Shown piece by piece: positions 11,282-21,238 of a stretch of DNA of 40,571 nucleotides. The stretch covers positions 1 through 40,571 of the forward strand of contig WLNQ01000002.1 of assembly GCA_009699705.1 (NCBI GenBank). Direction: 5' to 3'. Made by a program: the position numbers and the translations under genes. Each line of letters begins with the position of its first letter. Within the stretch, counting starts at the first letter, position 1. The DNA is from Actinomycetota bacterium. GTDB lineage: Bacteria > Actinomycetota > Actinomycetes > S36-B12. A model generated the notes under the pieces. That model worked only from the letters and a program-made list of their open reading frames with translations. It ran no database searches and was not told the DNA's origin.

Positions 11282-12210
11282 GGGCGCTTGGGGAACTTCG
11301 AGAAGTCCGGCTTGCGCTTTTCCTTATAGGCATCGCGTCCTTCTTGAGCCTCTTCACTCATATAGAACAAGAGCGTCGCATCACCGGCGAGCTGTTGAAT
11401 CCCAGCAAGGCCATCATCTGCAGCATTGTGTGACGCCTTGAGCATGCGCAACGACAACGGTGAAAGTTGCAACATCTCGTGCGCCATTTCGACGGTAGCG
11501 ATTTCGAGATCGGCAAGCGGTACGACCTCATTAACCAGGCCCCAGTCGTAGGCCTGTTCTGCGCCATATTGACGGCAGAGGTACCACACTTCGCGTGCGC
11601 GCTTTTGCCCAATAATGCGGGCAAGTAAACCTGAGCCGTAGCCACCATCGAAGGAACCAACGCGTGGACCTGTTTGTCCAAAGCGCGCATTGTCGGCTGC
11701 AACGGTCATGTCACACACCACATGCAATACGTGGCCGCCACCCATGGAGTAGCCAGCGACCATTGCGATGACCGGCTTTGGAATGCGTCGGATGAGGATT
11801 TGCAGATCAAGAACGTTCAGTCGCCCAACACCAGCAGCAGCGACTGCGTCATCACCCATGTAGCCATCATCACCGCGAATGATTTGATCTCCACCAGAAC
11901 AGAAAGCTAAATCTCCTTGACCCGTCAAGATGATGACGCCAACGCGACCATCGTCGCGTGCCCGAGTGAACGCATCGATAAGTTCAATGATCGTTTGCGG
12001 CCGAAATGCATTGCGCTTTTCCGGACGATTGATAGTGATCTTGGCAACGCCTGCTGCGTCACCCGTCGAAATCTCATACTTAATATCGTTGAAATCACCC
12101 TGCGCTTCCCAGTCACAAGCCGGAACGGCTGATGAATGCGCTGGGTTGGTCATCGCTGGTGAATCAGCAGCAACAACTGGAGGCAAGACGTATCGCGTAC
12201 GGGTATCCAT
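11278..12210 (-). CDS. menB: 1,4-dihydroxy-2-naphthoyl-CoA synthase
   Basis: 310-aa crotonase fold with FCSGGDQ and [31 protein letters not shown], typical of MenB. Confidence 0.95.
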   Translation of the reverse strand: MDTRTRYVLPPVVAADSPAMTNPAHSSAVPACDWEAQGDFNDIKYEISTGDAAGVAKITINRPEKRNAFRPQTIIELIDAFTRARDDGRVGVIILTGQGDLAFCSGGDQIIRGDDGYMGDDAVAAAGVGRLNVLDLQILIRRIPKPVIAMVAGYSMGGGHVLHVVCDMTVAADNARFGQTGPRVGSFDGGYGSGLLARIIGQKRAREVWYLCRQYGAEQAYDWGLVNEVVPLADLEIATVEMAHEMLQLSPLSLRMLKASHNAADDGLAGIQQLAGDATLLFYMSEEAQEGRDAYKEKRKPDFSKFPKRP

Positions 12211-12217
12211 AACCAGA

Positions 12218-12236
12218 ACGGTATCGCGACTACGCT
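12218..12236. promoter_or_regulatory. Back-to-back -10 elements for the divergent menB and menE starts (putative leaderless promoters)
   Basis: On the minus strand, TACCGT (12218-12223) lies 7 nt upstream of the menB ATG at 12210. On the plus strand, TACGCT (12231-12236) lies 7 nt upstream of the menE ATG at 12244. The whole intergenic gap is only 33 bp and contains no Shine-Dalgarno sequence. Confidence 0.55.
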
Positions 12237-12243
12237 TTGGCGA

Positions 12244-13461
12244 ATGCCTGCCCGACCACTCATTGCGATCTCGGTGCCTTCGGGCCCAGATGGATTGAGC
12301 GCGCTCATTGGCCCGCTTCGTGCAGCACTCACTGGCGCGGGCCCTGCAATCACTCCAATTCCAGCCCTAGGCGCCACCACTTCACCTCAATATGTGGCAC
12401 AGCTCATCGCGGCAACTCGCCCTGGCGACCCAAACCAGCCACTGGAAAGCGATGCCGTTGCAGTCGTGCTTGCCACCTCTGGCTCAACTCAGAATCCCAA
12501 GGGCGTGCTGCATAGCTCTGTTACTTTGCGCGCGTTATCTGAGTCGGTTCAAGGCGGCTGTTGCCCACAATGGATCTCGGCGCTGCCTATTACGTCCATG
12601 GGTGGATTCAATGTGGTCTTGCGGGCACTTGAGACGGGGCTCGATCCGCTCCCCTTGGACAGCCTTGGCGGAGCGCAACCATTCACCCCAGCCGGGTTTA
12701 TCTCAGTAGTTCAGCTAGCAACCCACCGATCCAGTGATATTCGGGTTTCATTGGTTGCAGCTCAAGTGCGTCGGCTCCTCAGTGATCCTGCGGGAGTTGA
12801 TGCTTTGTTGCAATGTTCGCAAATCTTGGTGGGTGGCGGTCCACTACCAGCCGTCACCGCCAATGCCGCCCGAGTAGCGGGGATTGTGCTGACGACAACA
12901 TACGGTGCAACTGAAACTGCCGGCGGCTGCGTATTTAACTCCCAACCACTTCCCGGTGTCACGATCACCATTGATCCGGATAACTCAGAGATCTCATTAG
13001 CTGGCGACATGGTGGCTCTTGGGTATCGGTGCGAAGCTGAACTCAGCGCCCAACGCTTTGCTCGGGGCAGTTACCGAACAGGCGATCTTGGAACTTTCAC
13101 CGATCGACTGACCATCTCTGGTCGCATCGACGACGTGATCACAATCAACGGTGTCAATGTTTCGGTCAATGCTGTTGAGGAAATTCTCAATAACAGCGAC
13201 GGGGTACTCAGCGCCGCGGTGGTTTTTGCGCCCGATGCGGGAGATGAAGATCAACTCTTCGCGGTGATTCAACCAACTGCCAACCTTGACCTTGGATCTC
13301 TTGGCATCGCGCTGCGAAGTGCCGTGCACCTGGGCCTCGGTAAGGCTGCAGTCCCCCGGTACTTTGCCTTCCTCGACGCAATCCCGACTTTGCCGAATAA
13401 CAAAGTTGACCGACGTTCAATTATTCACCTCACTCGCGATGGAGCGTTATGGCAACGGTAA
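12244..13461 (+). CDS. menE: o-Succinylbenzoate-CoA ligase
   Basis: 405-aa adenylate-forming enzyme with the motifs [26 protein letters not shown] and YRTGDLG. It sits in the men cluster and overlaps the menA start by 13 nt. Confidence 0.88.
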   Translation: MPARPLIAISVPSGPDGLSALIGPLRAALTGAGPAITPIPALGATTSPQYVAQLIAATRPGDPNQPLESDAVAVVLATSGSTQNPKGVLHSSVTLRALSESVQGGCCPQWISALPITSMGGFNVVLRALETGLDPLPLDSLGGAQPFTPAGFISVVQLATHRSSDIRVSLVAAQVRRLLSDPAGVDALLQCSQILVGGGPLPAVTANAARVAGIVLTTTYGATETAGGCVFNSQPLPGVTITIDPDNSEISLAGDMVALGYRCEAELSAQRFARGSYRTGDLGTFTDRLTISGRIDDVITINGVNVSVNAVEEILNNSDGVLSAAVVFAPDAGDEDQLFAVIQPTANLDLGSLGIALRSAVHLGLGKAAVPRYFAFLDAIPTLPNNKVDRRSIIHLTRDGALWQR

Positions 13462-14324
13462 GTCAATGGATCGGTGGCTCCCGGCCGCGCACCCTGCCAT
13501 CAGCTATCGCTCCCGTAGCCATCGGCGCGGGCCTCGCAGCACGCGCAGATTCGTTTATCTTGACTCGGGTTCTTCTAGCCCTCGTTGTGGCACTGTCACT
13601 CCAGGTGGGAGTGAATTATGCGAATGACTACAGCGATGGGATCAAGGGAACCGATGAAGTGCGCGTCGGGCCGGTGCGACTTGTTGGGCAGAAATTAGCC
13701 CCGCCATCACAAGTGAAGTTTGCGGCATTTGCTTGCTTCGCGTTGGCGATGCTGGCTGGACTTGCACTCATCTTGATCACCTCCCTTTGGTGGCTGATCA
13801 TTGTCGGTGTCGCTTGTGTTTCAGCTGCTTGGTTTTACACCGGAGGCAAAAAACCATACGGCTATCTCGGTCTTGGCGAGGTTTTTGTTTTTGTGTTCTT
13901 CGGTTTGGTTCCTGTTCTAGGAACGGTCTACGTTCAAACACGCAACATCATTGCTGCCGACGTTCTCGCTGCCAGTGCCATTGGTTTGCTGATTTGCACG
14001 CTGCTTGTGGTGAACAATCTGCGGGATATTCCTACCGACATCGATGCCGGCAAACGCACACTCGCGGTCAAACTAGGTGACCATCGCACCCGAATGCTGT
14101 ACGTAGGTTTTGTGATGGCCGCAGCGGTCCTCACCATTGGTGTTGCTGCGATCAGTACCTGGTGGCTATTGCTGGTCCTTCTCAGTTTTGCCCTGGGAGT
14201 TCAACCGATCCGTCTCGTCACCAGCGGTGCTGTCGGACCCAACCTCGTTGTCGCTTTGAAGCAAACCGGAATGCTCGTCTTGCTTTACGGTATTGGTACC
14301 GGCGCGCTGCTCGCCTGGACGTGA
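13449..14324 (+). CDS. menA: 1,4-dihydroxy-2-naphthoate polyprenyltransferase
   Basis: 291-aa polytopic UbiA-family protein with the NYANDYSDGIKGTD aspartate-rich motif and an RPRTLP N-terminus. Confidence 0.93.
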   Translation: MATVSQWIGGSRPRTLPSAIAPVAIGAGLAARADSFILTRVLLALVVALSLQVGVNYANDYSDGIKGTDEVRVGPVRLVGQKLAPPSQVKFAAFACFALAMLAGLALILITSLWWLIIVGVACVSAAWFYTGGKKPYGYLGLGEVFVFVFFGLVPVLGTVYVQTRNIIAADVLAASAIGLLICTLLVVNNLRDIPTDIDAGKRTLAVKLGDHRTRMLYVGFVMAAAVLTIGVAAISTWWLLLVLLSFALGVQPIRLVTSGAVGPNLVVALKQTGMLVLLYGIGTGALLAWT

Positions 14325-14612
14325 ACGCTCGCGAAGAATATCTTCCTGCCAGACATCTTCCGCAGCACCTGAACTCTCGATCTTCTGATTGATGCCGCTA
14401 AAGAATGCACCCACGCTTTCACTCATGATGTCTCGCTGGCGATCAAGAAGCACGATGCTGATTGCGCTGGAGATGAGGAGCGCAAGCACAACGGCCATGA
14501 TGCCTTTGACCGGAGTGAGGAATTGCAGAATCGCCCACACGCCCAGCCATAGCAATAAGCGCAAACCGGTGTAGGTCGCGAAATTGAGCCAGCGATTTTT
14601 AGATTTGGTCAC
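14166..14612 (-). CDS. Small two-TM membrane protein (DUF4229-like) with a long acidic, disordered tail
   Basis: 148-aa ORF. The N-terminal ~60 aa form two hydrophobic helices (LRLLLWLGVWAILQF, IMAVVLALLISSAISIVLL), resembling the DUF4229 family found near men/ccs genes in actinobacteria. It starts at a GTG preceded by TACTGT (minus strand, 14619-14624) 6 nt upstream. The last 52 codons are antisense to the menA 3' end. Confidence 0.6.
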   Translation of the reverse strand: MTKSKNRWLNFATYTGLRLLLWLGVWAILQFLTPVKGIMAVVLALLISSAISIVLLDRQRDIMSESVGAFFSGINQKIESSGAAEDVWQEDILRERSRPGEQRAGTNTVKQDEHSGLLQSDNEVGSDSTAGDETDRLNSQGKTEKDQQ

Positions 14613-14679
14613 GGCTCAACAGTAAGTGACATGGGACTAAAGCAGCACACTGGAGTTAGAGTGTGCGCGGGAGGCAACA

Positions 14680-14985
14680 GTGCTCAGAGTTCTAGGCATC
14701 ATCGTCGTGGTGGCGCTGTACATCTGGTTCGTCGTTGACGTAATCCAGACACCAAAATCAGGGATCCGCAATCTGCCTCGGGGAATTTGGCTTTTAATCG
14801 TCCTGCTTTTACCCATCCTGGGTGGACTGCTCTGGGTCGCATTTGGAAGAGCCAAGCCAACCAAAGGAAAATGGCGCGGGCGTCGAGGCCCACTCGCACC
14901 TGACGACGACCCTGGGTTTATTGCAAAACTTGATGAAGACGAGTGGCGTCGCAAAATGCGCGAGCGCCGCGAAGATCAGGCTTAG
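14680..14985 (+). CDS. PLDc_N (cardiolipin synthase N-terminal-like) small membrane protein
   Basis: 101-aa ORF with two TM helices and the W/F-x-x-x-D-V motif (IWFVVDVIQTP ... WLLIVLLLPILGGLLWVAFGR). It has a GTG start with GGGAGG 5 nt upstream. Confidence 0.75.
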   Translation: MLRVLGIIVVVALYIWFVVDVIQTPKSGIRNLPRGIWLLIVLLLPILGGLLWVAFGRAKPTKGKWRGRRGPLAPDDDPGFIAKLDEDEWRRKMRERREDQA

Positions 14986-15944
14986 TTTCCGACTCCAGCA
15001 TAGGAATGCAAACTGTTGGCTAGGAAGTTCACGCCGAAGTAGTTCATTAAGAAAGCGATCCAGCCAGCCAAAGCAATCAGCGAAGCCTTATTCCCCCGCC
15101 AGCCCGCGGTAGAGCGCGCGTGGAGGTAGGCCGCATAAATCACCCAAGTGATGAATGCCCAAGTTTCCTTGGGATCCCAGCCCCAGTAACGGCCCCATGC
15201 GTTTTCTGCCCAGATTGCACCGGCAACCACAGTGAACGTCCAAAGCGGGAAGGCGAAAGCCAGCGTCTTATTGGTAAGCGACCGTAAGCGCTCAGCACTA
15301 GGAATTCGGCTCACCAACGCACCGGTGAGTTCAACATCTGAACCTGCTTTACGTTCCGCACGATCGCGCACTAAAGACAGGCCGGCGGTTGCTGCAGCAA
15401 GAGTGAAAGCGCCAGAGCAAATAATTGCGGCAAAGACGTGAATTACCAACCAATAAGACTTCAAGGCTGGCACGAGTTGAGCGGCTTCGGTGTAGAGCAC
15501 CGTCACGGCGACACCCAAAGTAAGTAAGACCGGAATGACAATGAAGATCCCGAGCCAACGTAGATCAGTTCTTGTGTTGGCAATCAAGAACACCGCTAAC
15601 ACACCAAGAGCTGCAGTAATTGAGAACTCGTACATATTGCCCCACGGAGCACGCCCCGCCCAAACTCCGCGCAATACAACACCTACGAGTAGCAGCACAA
15701 AGGCCAGCCAGGTTAGGGAGATTCCGATGTTTGACGCACGACGCCCGGGATCATCAGTCACGACAACTGCTTTGGTAATCACCGCGGTACCGCCAGCATT
15801 CCGCGTGGATTCCACAGCTGCACTATTGACGCGTCGGCGTCCGCCAGCGAAAGAAGCAGCAAAAGCGAACATTGCGAATGTCAGCACCAACATCGATGAA
15901 TACACCATCACGTTGCTCATTCGTGCGAGTGACTCTGGACTCAC
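14982..15944 (-). CDS. ccsB: Cytochrome c biogenesis protein CcsB/ResC (System II heme handling)
   Basis: 320-aa polytopic protein with the Trp-rich heme-binding motif WGRYWGWDPKETWAFITW. It has a 4-nt overlap with resB. Confidence 0.93.
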   Translation of the reverse strand: MSPESLARMSNVMVYSSMLVLTFAMFAFAASFAGGRRRVNSAAVESTRNAGGTAVITKAVVVTDDPGRRASNIGISLTWLAFVLLLVGVVLRGVWAGRAPWGNMYEFSITAALGVLAVFLIANTRTDLRWLGIFIVIPVLLTLGVAVTVLYTEAAQLVPALKSYWLVIHVFAAIICSGAFTLAAATAGLSLVRDRAERKAGSDVELTGALVSRIPSAERLRSLTNKTLAFAFPLWTFTVVAGAIWAENAWGRYWGWDPKETWAFITWVIYAAYLHARSTAGWRGNKASLIALAGWIAFLMNYFGVNFLANSLHSYAGVGN

Positions 15945-17500
15945 GATTGCTCCTTCTCTATTCCCCGTGCGACGCCTGCCACTTGAAGGGCTTGCTCAAC
16001 AAAATCAAGGTCCTCGGCCAGCGCACCAATATCTTTGTCTTCAAAGGTTGAGGCGCGCATAATTCCGGCAAGCTGGATAACGGTAACGCCATCGCGCTCG
16101 ACTACTTTCACCCATACCCGTCGGCGTCGGATAAAGAGCGACATGGTGAGGCCCACGATTGCTAAGGCCACAAAGATCAGGGCAATTTCTTTGCCGGGGT
16201 CATAAGCGATCTGGAATGAAGCCCATCGTTTATAACCAGAGAAAGTGACCGTTCCGGACCCATCAGGCAGTTTCCAACTTGTGCCGGGACGAAGTTGCTC
16301 AAGGCCGATCTTGGTCATTTTGTCGGTCACGAGTCGATACACGCTTTGGGGCTTTCCAGTATTCAACCCAAGATCGCCTTTCCACGCTGACATAAATAAG
16401 GCTGGGTCGTCAGGGCCAGGGAAAGTTGAGTGTGGGCCAAGAACGTCGTCAAGGGCCGCAGTAGGCAGGAATAACGCCTGAATACCAAGTTGGGGCGTTG
16501 AGTCAAGGATCTTTACAACACCTGTTGACGTGAAGCTGCCGTCTTGTGGCAGGAACGGCACGGCATCATCGAAAACTACCTTGCCGGTCTTGTCTGTCAC
16601 GGTAATTAACGGCGCGTACCCGTGACCAACCAAGAACACCTTTGCCCCACTAATCGACAGGGGTTCATTGACTTCAACAAGTCTGCGTTCGACCGGAGCT
16701 GTCGGATCCACTTTGTACGACATTTCAGCTTCGAAGGCGCGCGGGGCACCGCGCTGCGCGATTCCGCGCTCAAAATCAACAGTGAATTTATCTAGGGTAA
16801 AGGAGAACGGCGGAATGTCTTGGGCGTTCGTGTATCTGCCACCGCCCCAAGCGTCGTACTGCGTAACCGTGTTGGAAAACCCCGAGCCCTCGCGCACGAT
16901 GACATTGCCTTTCCAGCCAAAAAGCCCGCCAATGGCAATCGCAGACAGGACAAACAACAACGACACGTGAAAAACTAAGTTGCCCGTTTCCCGTAGGTAA
17001 CCCTTTTCGGCTGCAACCCATGTAGGCGAATCTGCGGGACCGGAAACTACCCGCCATCTGGCCTTACGCAAGGCTCCCGCAACTGCACCAATAACTTCCT
17101 CAGCGCTTGCCGTTGGAGTGACTTCACGGCTTCCAGCCAAGCGTTCCAACATCCGAGGAACTGCGGGGGGTGCGCTACGCATCGCTCGGAAATGCACGCC
17201 CACGCGCGGTATGACGCACCCAATGAGCGATAAGAAAAGCAAGAGATACACCGCGGAGAACCACGGTGAGGAATACACCTCGAAGAACCCAAGGCGATCA
17301 AGAATCGGTCCCCAAGTTGGTGATTTCGTGATGAAGTCGCGCACCTTGATGGGATCCACGCCGCGCTGGGGATACACGGATCCAGGAACGCTGGCAACGG
17401 CCAACAGGAAAAGCAAAACAAGCGCAGTCTTCATGCTTGTCAGCTGACGCCACACCCAGCGGAGAAATCCGGTGCTGCTCATTGGGGGCAAGTTCGTCAT
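15941..17500 (-). CDS. resB: Cytochrome c biogenesis protein ResB/CcsA partner
   Basis: The ORF extends to 17539. The ATG at 17500-17498 (MTNLPPMSSTGFLRWVWRQLTSMKTALVLL) makes an ATGA overlap with the ccdA stop and gives a typical ResB N-terminus. The protein has a large extracytoplasmic domain followed by a C-terminal TM helix. Confidence 0.88.
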   Translation of the reverse strand: MTNLPPMSSTGFLRWVWRQLTSMKTALVLLFLLAVASVPGSVYPQRGVDPIKVRDFITKSPTWGPILDRLGFFEVYSSPWFSAVYLLLFLSLIGCVIPRVGVHFRAMRSAPPAVPRMLERLAGSREVTPTASAEEVIGAVAGALRKARWRVVSGPADSPTWVAAEKGYLRETGNLVFHVSLLFVLSAIAIGGLFGWKGNVIVREGSGFSNTVTQYDAWGGGRYTNAQDIPPFSFTLDKFTVDFERGIAQRGAPRAFEAEMSYKVDPTAPVERRLVEVNEPLSISGAKVFLVGHGYAPLITVTDKTGKVVFDDAVPFLPQDGSFTSTGVVKILDSTPQLGIQALFLPTAALDDVLGPHSTFPGPDDPALFMSAWKGDLGLNTGKPQSVYRLVTDKMTKIGLEQLRPGTSWKLPDGSGTVTFSGYKRWASFQIAYDPGKEIALIFVALAIVGLTMSLFIRRRRVWVKVVERDGVTVIQLAGIMRASTFEDKDIGALAEDLDFVEQALQVAGVARGIEKEQS

Positions 17501-18240
17501 AACGCTGTCTCGAATCCAGGAATAGTGACCCGCAACCAAATAGTGAAATCAAGCCAAAGTCCCGAAACTAACAACAGCCCGACGGTCACGAGCATCGCGC
17601 CACCAACGCGCATCACGAGTTCGTAATGGTTGCGCACCCAACCAATAGCCCGACCCATTCGCGTGAAAAGTAACCCGAGCAGAATGAAAGGCAAACCAAG
17701 ACCTAGGCAATACACCAGCGAGAGTAAGGCGCCCCGTGCTGCGCTAGCTTCGGTGAAAGCCAGACTTTGCACAGCAGCGAGTGTCGGTCCAATACAAGGT
17801 GACCATCCCAAGCCAAAAAGAACGCCAAGAATTGGTGCACCAGCAACCCCCCACGTGGGTAAGCGATGCATGCGCCATTCGCGTTGCAAACCTGGAATGA
17901 AACCCATAAAGGCCAATCCCATCAAGATCACAACGAACCCAAGGACTCGATCAATGGTTTCTTGATACGCCAGCAGCGTTGATCCAATGGAACCGAACAG
18001 CGCTCCATATGACACGAAGATGACGCTGAACCCGGCAACAAAGAGCACACTTCCAAGAAGAACTCGGCCCCGATTGCCCTTAACGTCCGCTAGCTCTGCT
18101 CCCGTGAGCCCAGTGATGTACGACAAATAACCCGGAGCTAAAGGCAACACACAAGGCGAAAGGAAGGCTAAAAGGCCAGCAGCAAAAGCCAGCGGAAGCG
18201 CAAAAAGTAAGGTTCCCTGAGAGATGACATCAGTGATCAT
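17497..18240 (-). CDS. ccdA: Cytochrome c biogenesis thiol-disulfide transporter CcdA (DsbD family)
   Basis: 247-aa polytopic protein with the two conserved Cys motifs LSPCVLPLAPGY and WSPCIGPTL. Confidence 0.92.
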   Translation of the reverse strand: MITDVISQGTLLFALPLAFAAGLLAFLSPCVLPLAPGYLSYITGLTGAELADVKGNRGRVLLGSVLFVAGFSVIFVSYGALFGSIGSTLLAYQETIDRVLGFVVILMGLAFMGFIPGLQREWRMHRLPTWGVAGAPILGVLFGLGWSPCIGPTLAAVQSLAFTEASAARGALLSLVYCLGLGLPFILLGLLFTRMGRAIGWVRNHYELVMRVGGAMLVTVGLLLVSGLWLDFTIWLRVTIPGFETAL

Positions 18241-18830
18241 GACGTGCTCTTTTGCACATCATCGATGACATTGCGCAGAGCCGCCTGCGTTGTTGATCCA
18301 AGGATGCGCGCCGCAACGTTTCCTTTCGCATCAACAATCAACGTTGATGGAATAGCTTGCGCTGGGAGAGTGTCACGAAAGAGTAATTGCACTTGAGCCT
18401 CGGTATCGATGGCCTGCGGGTACGTGATGCCATATCTTTCAACAAAATTTCGCGCAGCCGTATCTGAATCCCGCGTATCTAAACCTACGAACTGCACTTT
18501 ATTTTGGTTGGATTTCTCCCACACGTCTTGCAGCGCTGGAGCTTCGGCTCTGCACGGTGCGCACCAGGAAGCCCAAACATTCATCACTACGACTTTGCCA
18601 AGCTGCTTACTCAAAGTGAAGTCGGTGCCCGCAAGTGTTTTCAGGGTGAAATCCGGAGCAGGTAACCGCTTGTCCATTGCGACTACTTCAATTGAGCCAT
18701 CGCCAGCGACGAAGTTGGTTTCACTACCAGCGGATGCAGTACTTGAAGTTTCAGCACAACCCGAAACTGTAAATGCGGTAATTGCCGCCAGCGCAACACC
18801 GGCAGCAACTCTGATCTTGGTATTACGCAT
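18237..18830 (-). CDS. Thioredoxin-like (TlpA/ResA family) thiol-disulfide oxidoreductase lipoprotein
   Basis: 197-aa ORF with a lipoprotein signal and lipobox (AFTVSGC) and the WASWCAPCRAE CxxC active site. It lies immediately upstream of ccdA with a 4-nt overlap. Confidence 0.88.
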   Translation of the reverse strand: MRNTKIRVAAGVALAAITAFTVSGCAETSSTASAGSETNFVAGDGSIEVVAMDKRLPAPDFTLKTLAGTDFTLSKQLGKVVVMNVWASWCAPCRAEAPALQDVWEKSNQNKVQFVGLDTRDSDTAARNFVERYGITYPQAIDTEAQVQLLFRDTLPAQAIPSTLIVDAKGNVAARILGSTTQAALRNVIDDVQKSTS

Positions 18831-18853
18831 TAATGTTCCGGCGGTGACGAACG

Positions 18854-19501
18854 TCAGGCGCCGGCCACCTTGCTGGCTTTGTCAAGCAAATCACGTGAGG
18901 GCTCCGTGTAGGTGATCGCAACAAGATCGCCATCACTATAGGTAAGCGAAGTGATCGATGCCAGGGAACATTGCCTGCTTCGTGGGTCATGCCACAAGCG
19001 ACGTTGCTCAGCTGCAAGCCGCGCAATCCAGATGGGCAATTGGTGACTCACGAGAACGACTTCACCGCCGCGAAACTGATCACGTGCTGAATGGACGGCT
19101 TCGGTCATGCGAGTCGCAACGATGTCATACGGCTCACCCCATGAAGGCTTAAAAGGGTTGTACAGATGCTTCCACGTGCGCGGTTGCTTCAGCACACCGT
19201 CACCAACACTGACTCGCTGTCCTTCGAACACATTGTCAGCTTCGATCAATCGCGGATCGGTGGAAATTTCCAATCCGTGGGCATCAGCCATTGGTGTCGC
19301 AGTCTGTTGAGCGCGCTCCATCGGCGAAGACACCACACCAGTAATCCCGTGCCCACTCAAAGCCTTAGCTGCACGCTGAGCCATTTCGTGCCCAAGGTCA
19401 GATAACACATAACCAGGAAGGCGCCCGTAAAGCACGCCCTCTGGGTTATCAACTTCGCCGTGGCGCAGCAAATGAACGACGGTGCGGTCTGGTGTTGCCA
19501 T
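18854..19501 (-). CDS. Histidine phosphatase family protein (phosphoglycerate mutase-like)
   Basis: 215-aa ORF with the N-terminal VHLLRHGEV RHG motif. It occupies the same position as Rv0525 upstream of the ccs genes in M. tuberculosis (from memory). Confidence 0.85.
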   Translation of the reverse strand: MATPDRTVVHLLRHGEVDNPEGVLYGRLPGYVLSDLGHEMAQRAAKALSGHGITGVVSSPMERAQQTATPMADAHGLEISTDPRLIEADNVFEGQRVSVGDGVLKQPRTWKHLYNPFKPSWGEPYDIVATRMTEAVHSARDQFRGGEVVLVSHQLPIWIARLAAEQRRLWHDPRSRQCSLASITSLTYSDGDLVAITYTEPSRDLLDKASKVAGA

Positions 19502-19507
19502 GCCTAA

Positions 19508-21238
19508 TTAAGCCTTACGTCGAGTTGGTGTACGTCGTCGGCTTGGCCGCCAGCTACCCTCGCCGGCCTCAAGCGCAGCAAGGCGAAGTTCCTCACCATG
19601 AGCAGCAAGTGCTTCTACGAGACCGATCAAAGTAGTGCTGTCGGCTTCGACATCTACCCGAAGACCGTGTTCCTGAGCGGCCTTAACCGTCAACGGCCCA
19701 ATACAGGCAACCACTGTGGTGTGGTGCGGCTTACCTGCGATGCCTACCAAGTTGCGAACAGTGCTACTTGACGTAAACAACACTGCGTCGAAGCCACCGG
19801 TTTTGATCGCTTCACGAGTTTCAGCCGGAGGCGGAGCAGCACGCACGGTTCGAAAGGCCGTGATGTCCTCAACTTCCCAGCCCAATTCAGTCAAACCAGC
19901 CACGAGGGACTCGGTTGCGATGTCGGCTCGAGGTAAGAAGATGCGATTGATTGGATCAGTGAGCGAATCGTAAGCAGGCCATTCGTCGAGCAAGGCTGCC
20001 GTTGTCTGATCACCTTCGGTGACGAGGTCTGGACGAACACCAAAATCGATCAAGGCGGCGATTGTTGCTTCACCAACTGCGGCAACTTTCAGCCCAGCAA
20101 ATGAGCGAGCATCCAGCCCGTATGAGGCTAGCTTTTCGCGAATTGCACGCACTGCGTTGACCGAGGTGAACCCGATCCATTCGTAGCGACCTGAAACTAA
20201 ACCGTGGACAGCGCGATCAATTTGCTGGGGAGTACGTGGTGGTTCAACGGAAATCGTTGGCACCTCCATCGGTACTGCTCCATGGCGGCGCAATAACGCT
20301 GAGATGGAATCCGTGGGCTCTTGCGTACGAGGAATCAATACTCGCCACCCAAACAGCGGCTTTGCTTCAAACCAATCAGCCTTTTCACGCTGAGCAACCA
20401 CTTCACCGACGACAACGACGCCCGGCCCGGCTTGCTTGGAACGCTTGGCAATCGCGCCAATCTCACTCAAGGTTCCAGCGAGGGTTCGCTGATCAACTGT
20501 GGTGCCTTGACGGGTGACGGCGATTGGCGTCTTTGGATCTGCTCCAGCAGCAATCAGGCTCGCTGCGATTTCAACACATGAATCCGCACCGTTGAGATAC
20601 ACGGTCGTAATACCTGGCTGCATGAGATCAGACCAAGGAAGGTCGACTTCTGTGCCGTCTACGACGCGAATCTGACGCACTCGACCGCCGGTGAGGCTGA
20701 AGCCTGCGTACGCCGGAATGCCAGTGACATCACTGACACCTGGAGCCACTTCGAAAGGCACCTTTGCTTTGCGCAAGGCAGCAGCTTCGGTAACAAGGGA
20801 ACCATCAATGATCGGATCGCCAGCGATCAAGCGAACAACGTTCTTTCCTTCACGAGCAGCATCGATCATGGCCTTGCTGTGTTCTCCCGCAGCAATAAAT
20901 TCAGTTGTTGCACGTGCGTACACGCGCGCTATTGCTTCGGTTGATTCATCCGCGACGATGACGTCAGCATCGCGCATCAATGCGACTGCTCGAAGGGTGA
21001 GGAGGTCGGGATCGCCGGGGCCTGCGGCCACGAGAGCCACTGTTCCAACGGTTGCCTTTTTGCGGGCTACCTTTGCTGGAATTGTTGCGGTATCGGCTGC
21101 GGTTGCTGCACGAGTCACGGGGTGCTCTCCTGCGGTAGATGTGGAAGTGGATGTCTTGTTTGGTGCAACCTCCGGTTGGGGAGGAACTACCTGTTTTGGC
21201 ACCTTAGGTTTCGAGGTGCTCAAGGATTGTGTTGTCAT
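19508..21238 (-). CDS. hemD: Bifunctional uroporphyrinogen-III C-methyltransferase / uroporphyrinogen-III synthase fusion
   Basis: 576-aa ORF. It has a ~70-aa low-complexity N-terminus, then a tetrapyrrole methylase domain (VAAGPGDPDLLTLRA), then a HemD-like C-terminal half (GWRVLIPRTQE ... FTSVNAVR ... FTSSSTVRN). Its start forms an ATGA overlap with the rex stop. Confidence 0.85.
   Translation of the reverse strand: MTTQSLSTSKPKVPKQVVPPQPEVAPNKTSTSTSTAGEHPVTRAATAADTATIPAKVARKKATVGTVALVAAGPGDPDLLTLRAVALMRDADVIVADESTEAIARVYARATTEFIAAGEHSKAMIDAAREGKNVVRLIAGDPIIDGSLVTEAAALRKAKVPFEVAPGVSDVTGIPAYAGFSLTGGRVRQIRVVDGTEVDLPWSDLMQPGITTVYLNGADSCVEIAASLIAAGADPKTPIAVTRQGTTVDQRTLAGTLSEIGAIAKRSKQAGPGVVVVGEVVAQREKADWFEAKPLFGWRVLIPRTQEPTDSISALLRRHGAVPMEVPTISVEPPRTPQQIDRAVHGLVSGRYEWIGFTSVNAVRAIREKLASYGLDARSFAGLKVAAVGEATIAALIDFGVRPDLVTEGDQTTAALLDEWPAYDSLTDPINRIFLPRADIATESLVAGLTELGWEVEDITAFRTVRAAPPPAETREAIKTGGFDAVLFTSSSTVRNLVGIAGKPHHTTVVACIGPLTVKAAQEHGLRVDVEADSTTLIGLVEALAAHGEELRLAALEAGEGSWRPSRRRTPTRRKA

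Noticed and set aside
19508-19720. The low-complexity N-terminal ~70 aa of the cobA/hemD product and its possible mis-called start.
   Set aside because: The ATGA coupling with the rex stop supports the long form. Similar Pro/Thr/Ala-rich N-terminal extensions occur on actinobacterial HemD fusions. Nothing in the sequence indicates a separate gene.
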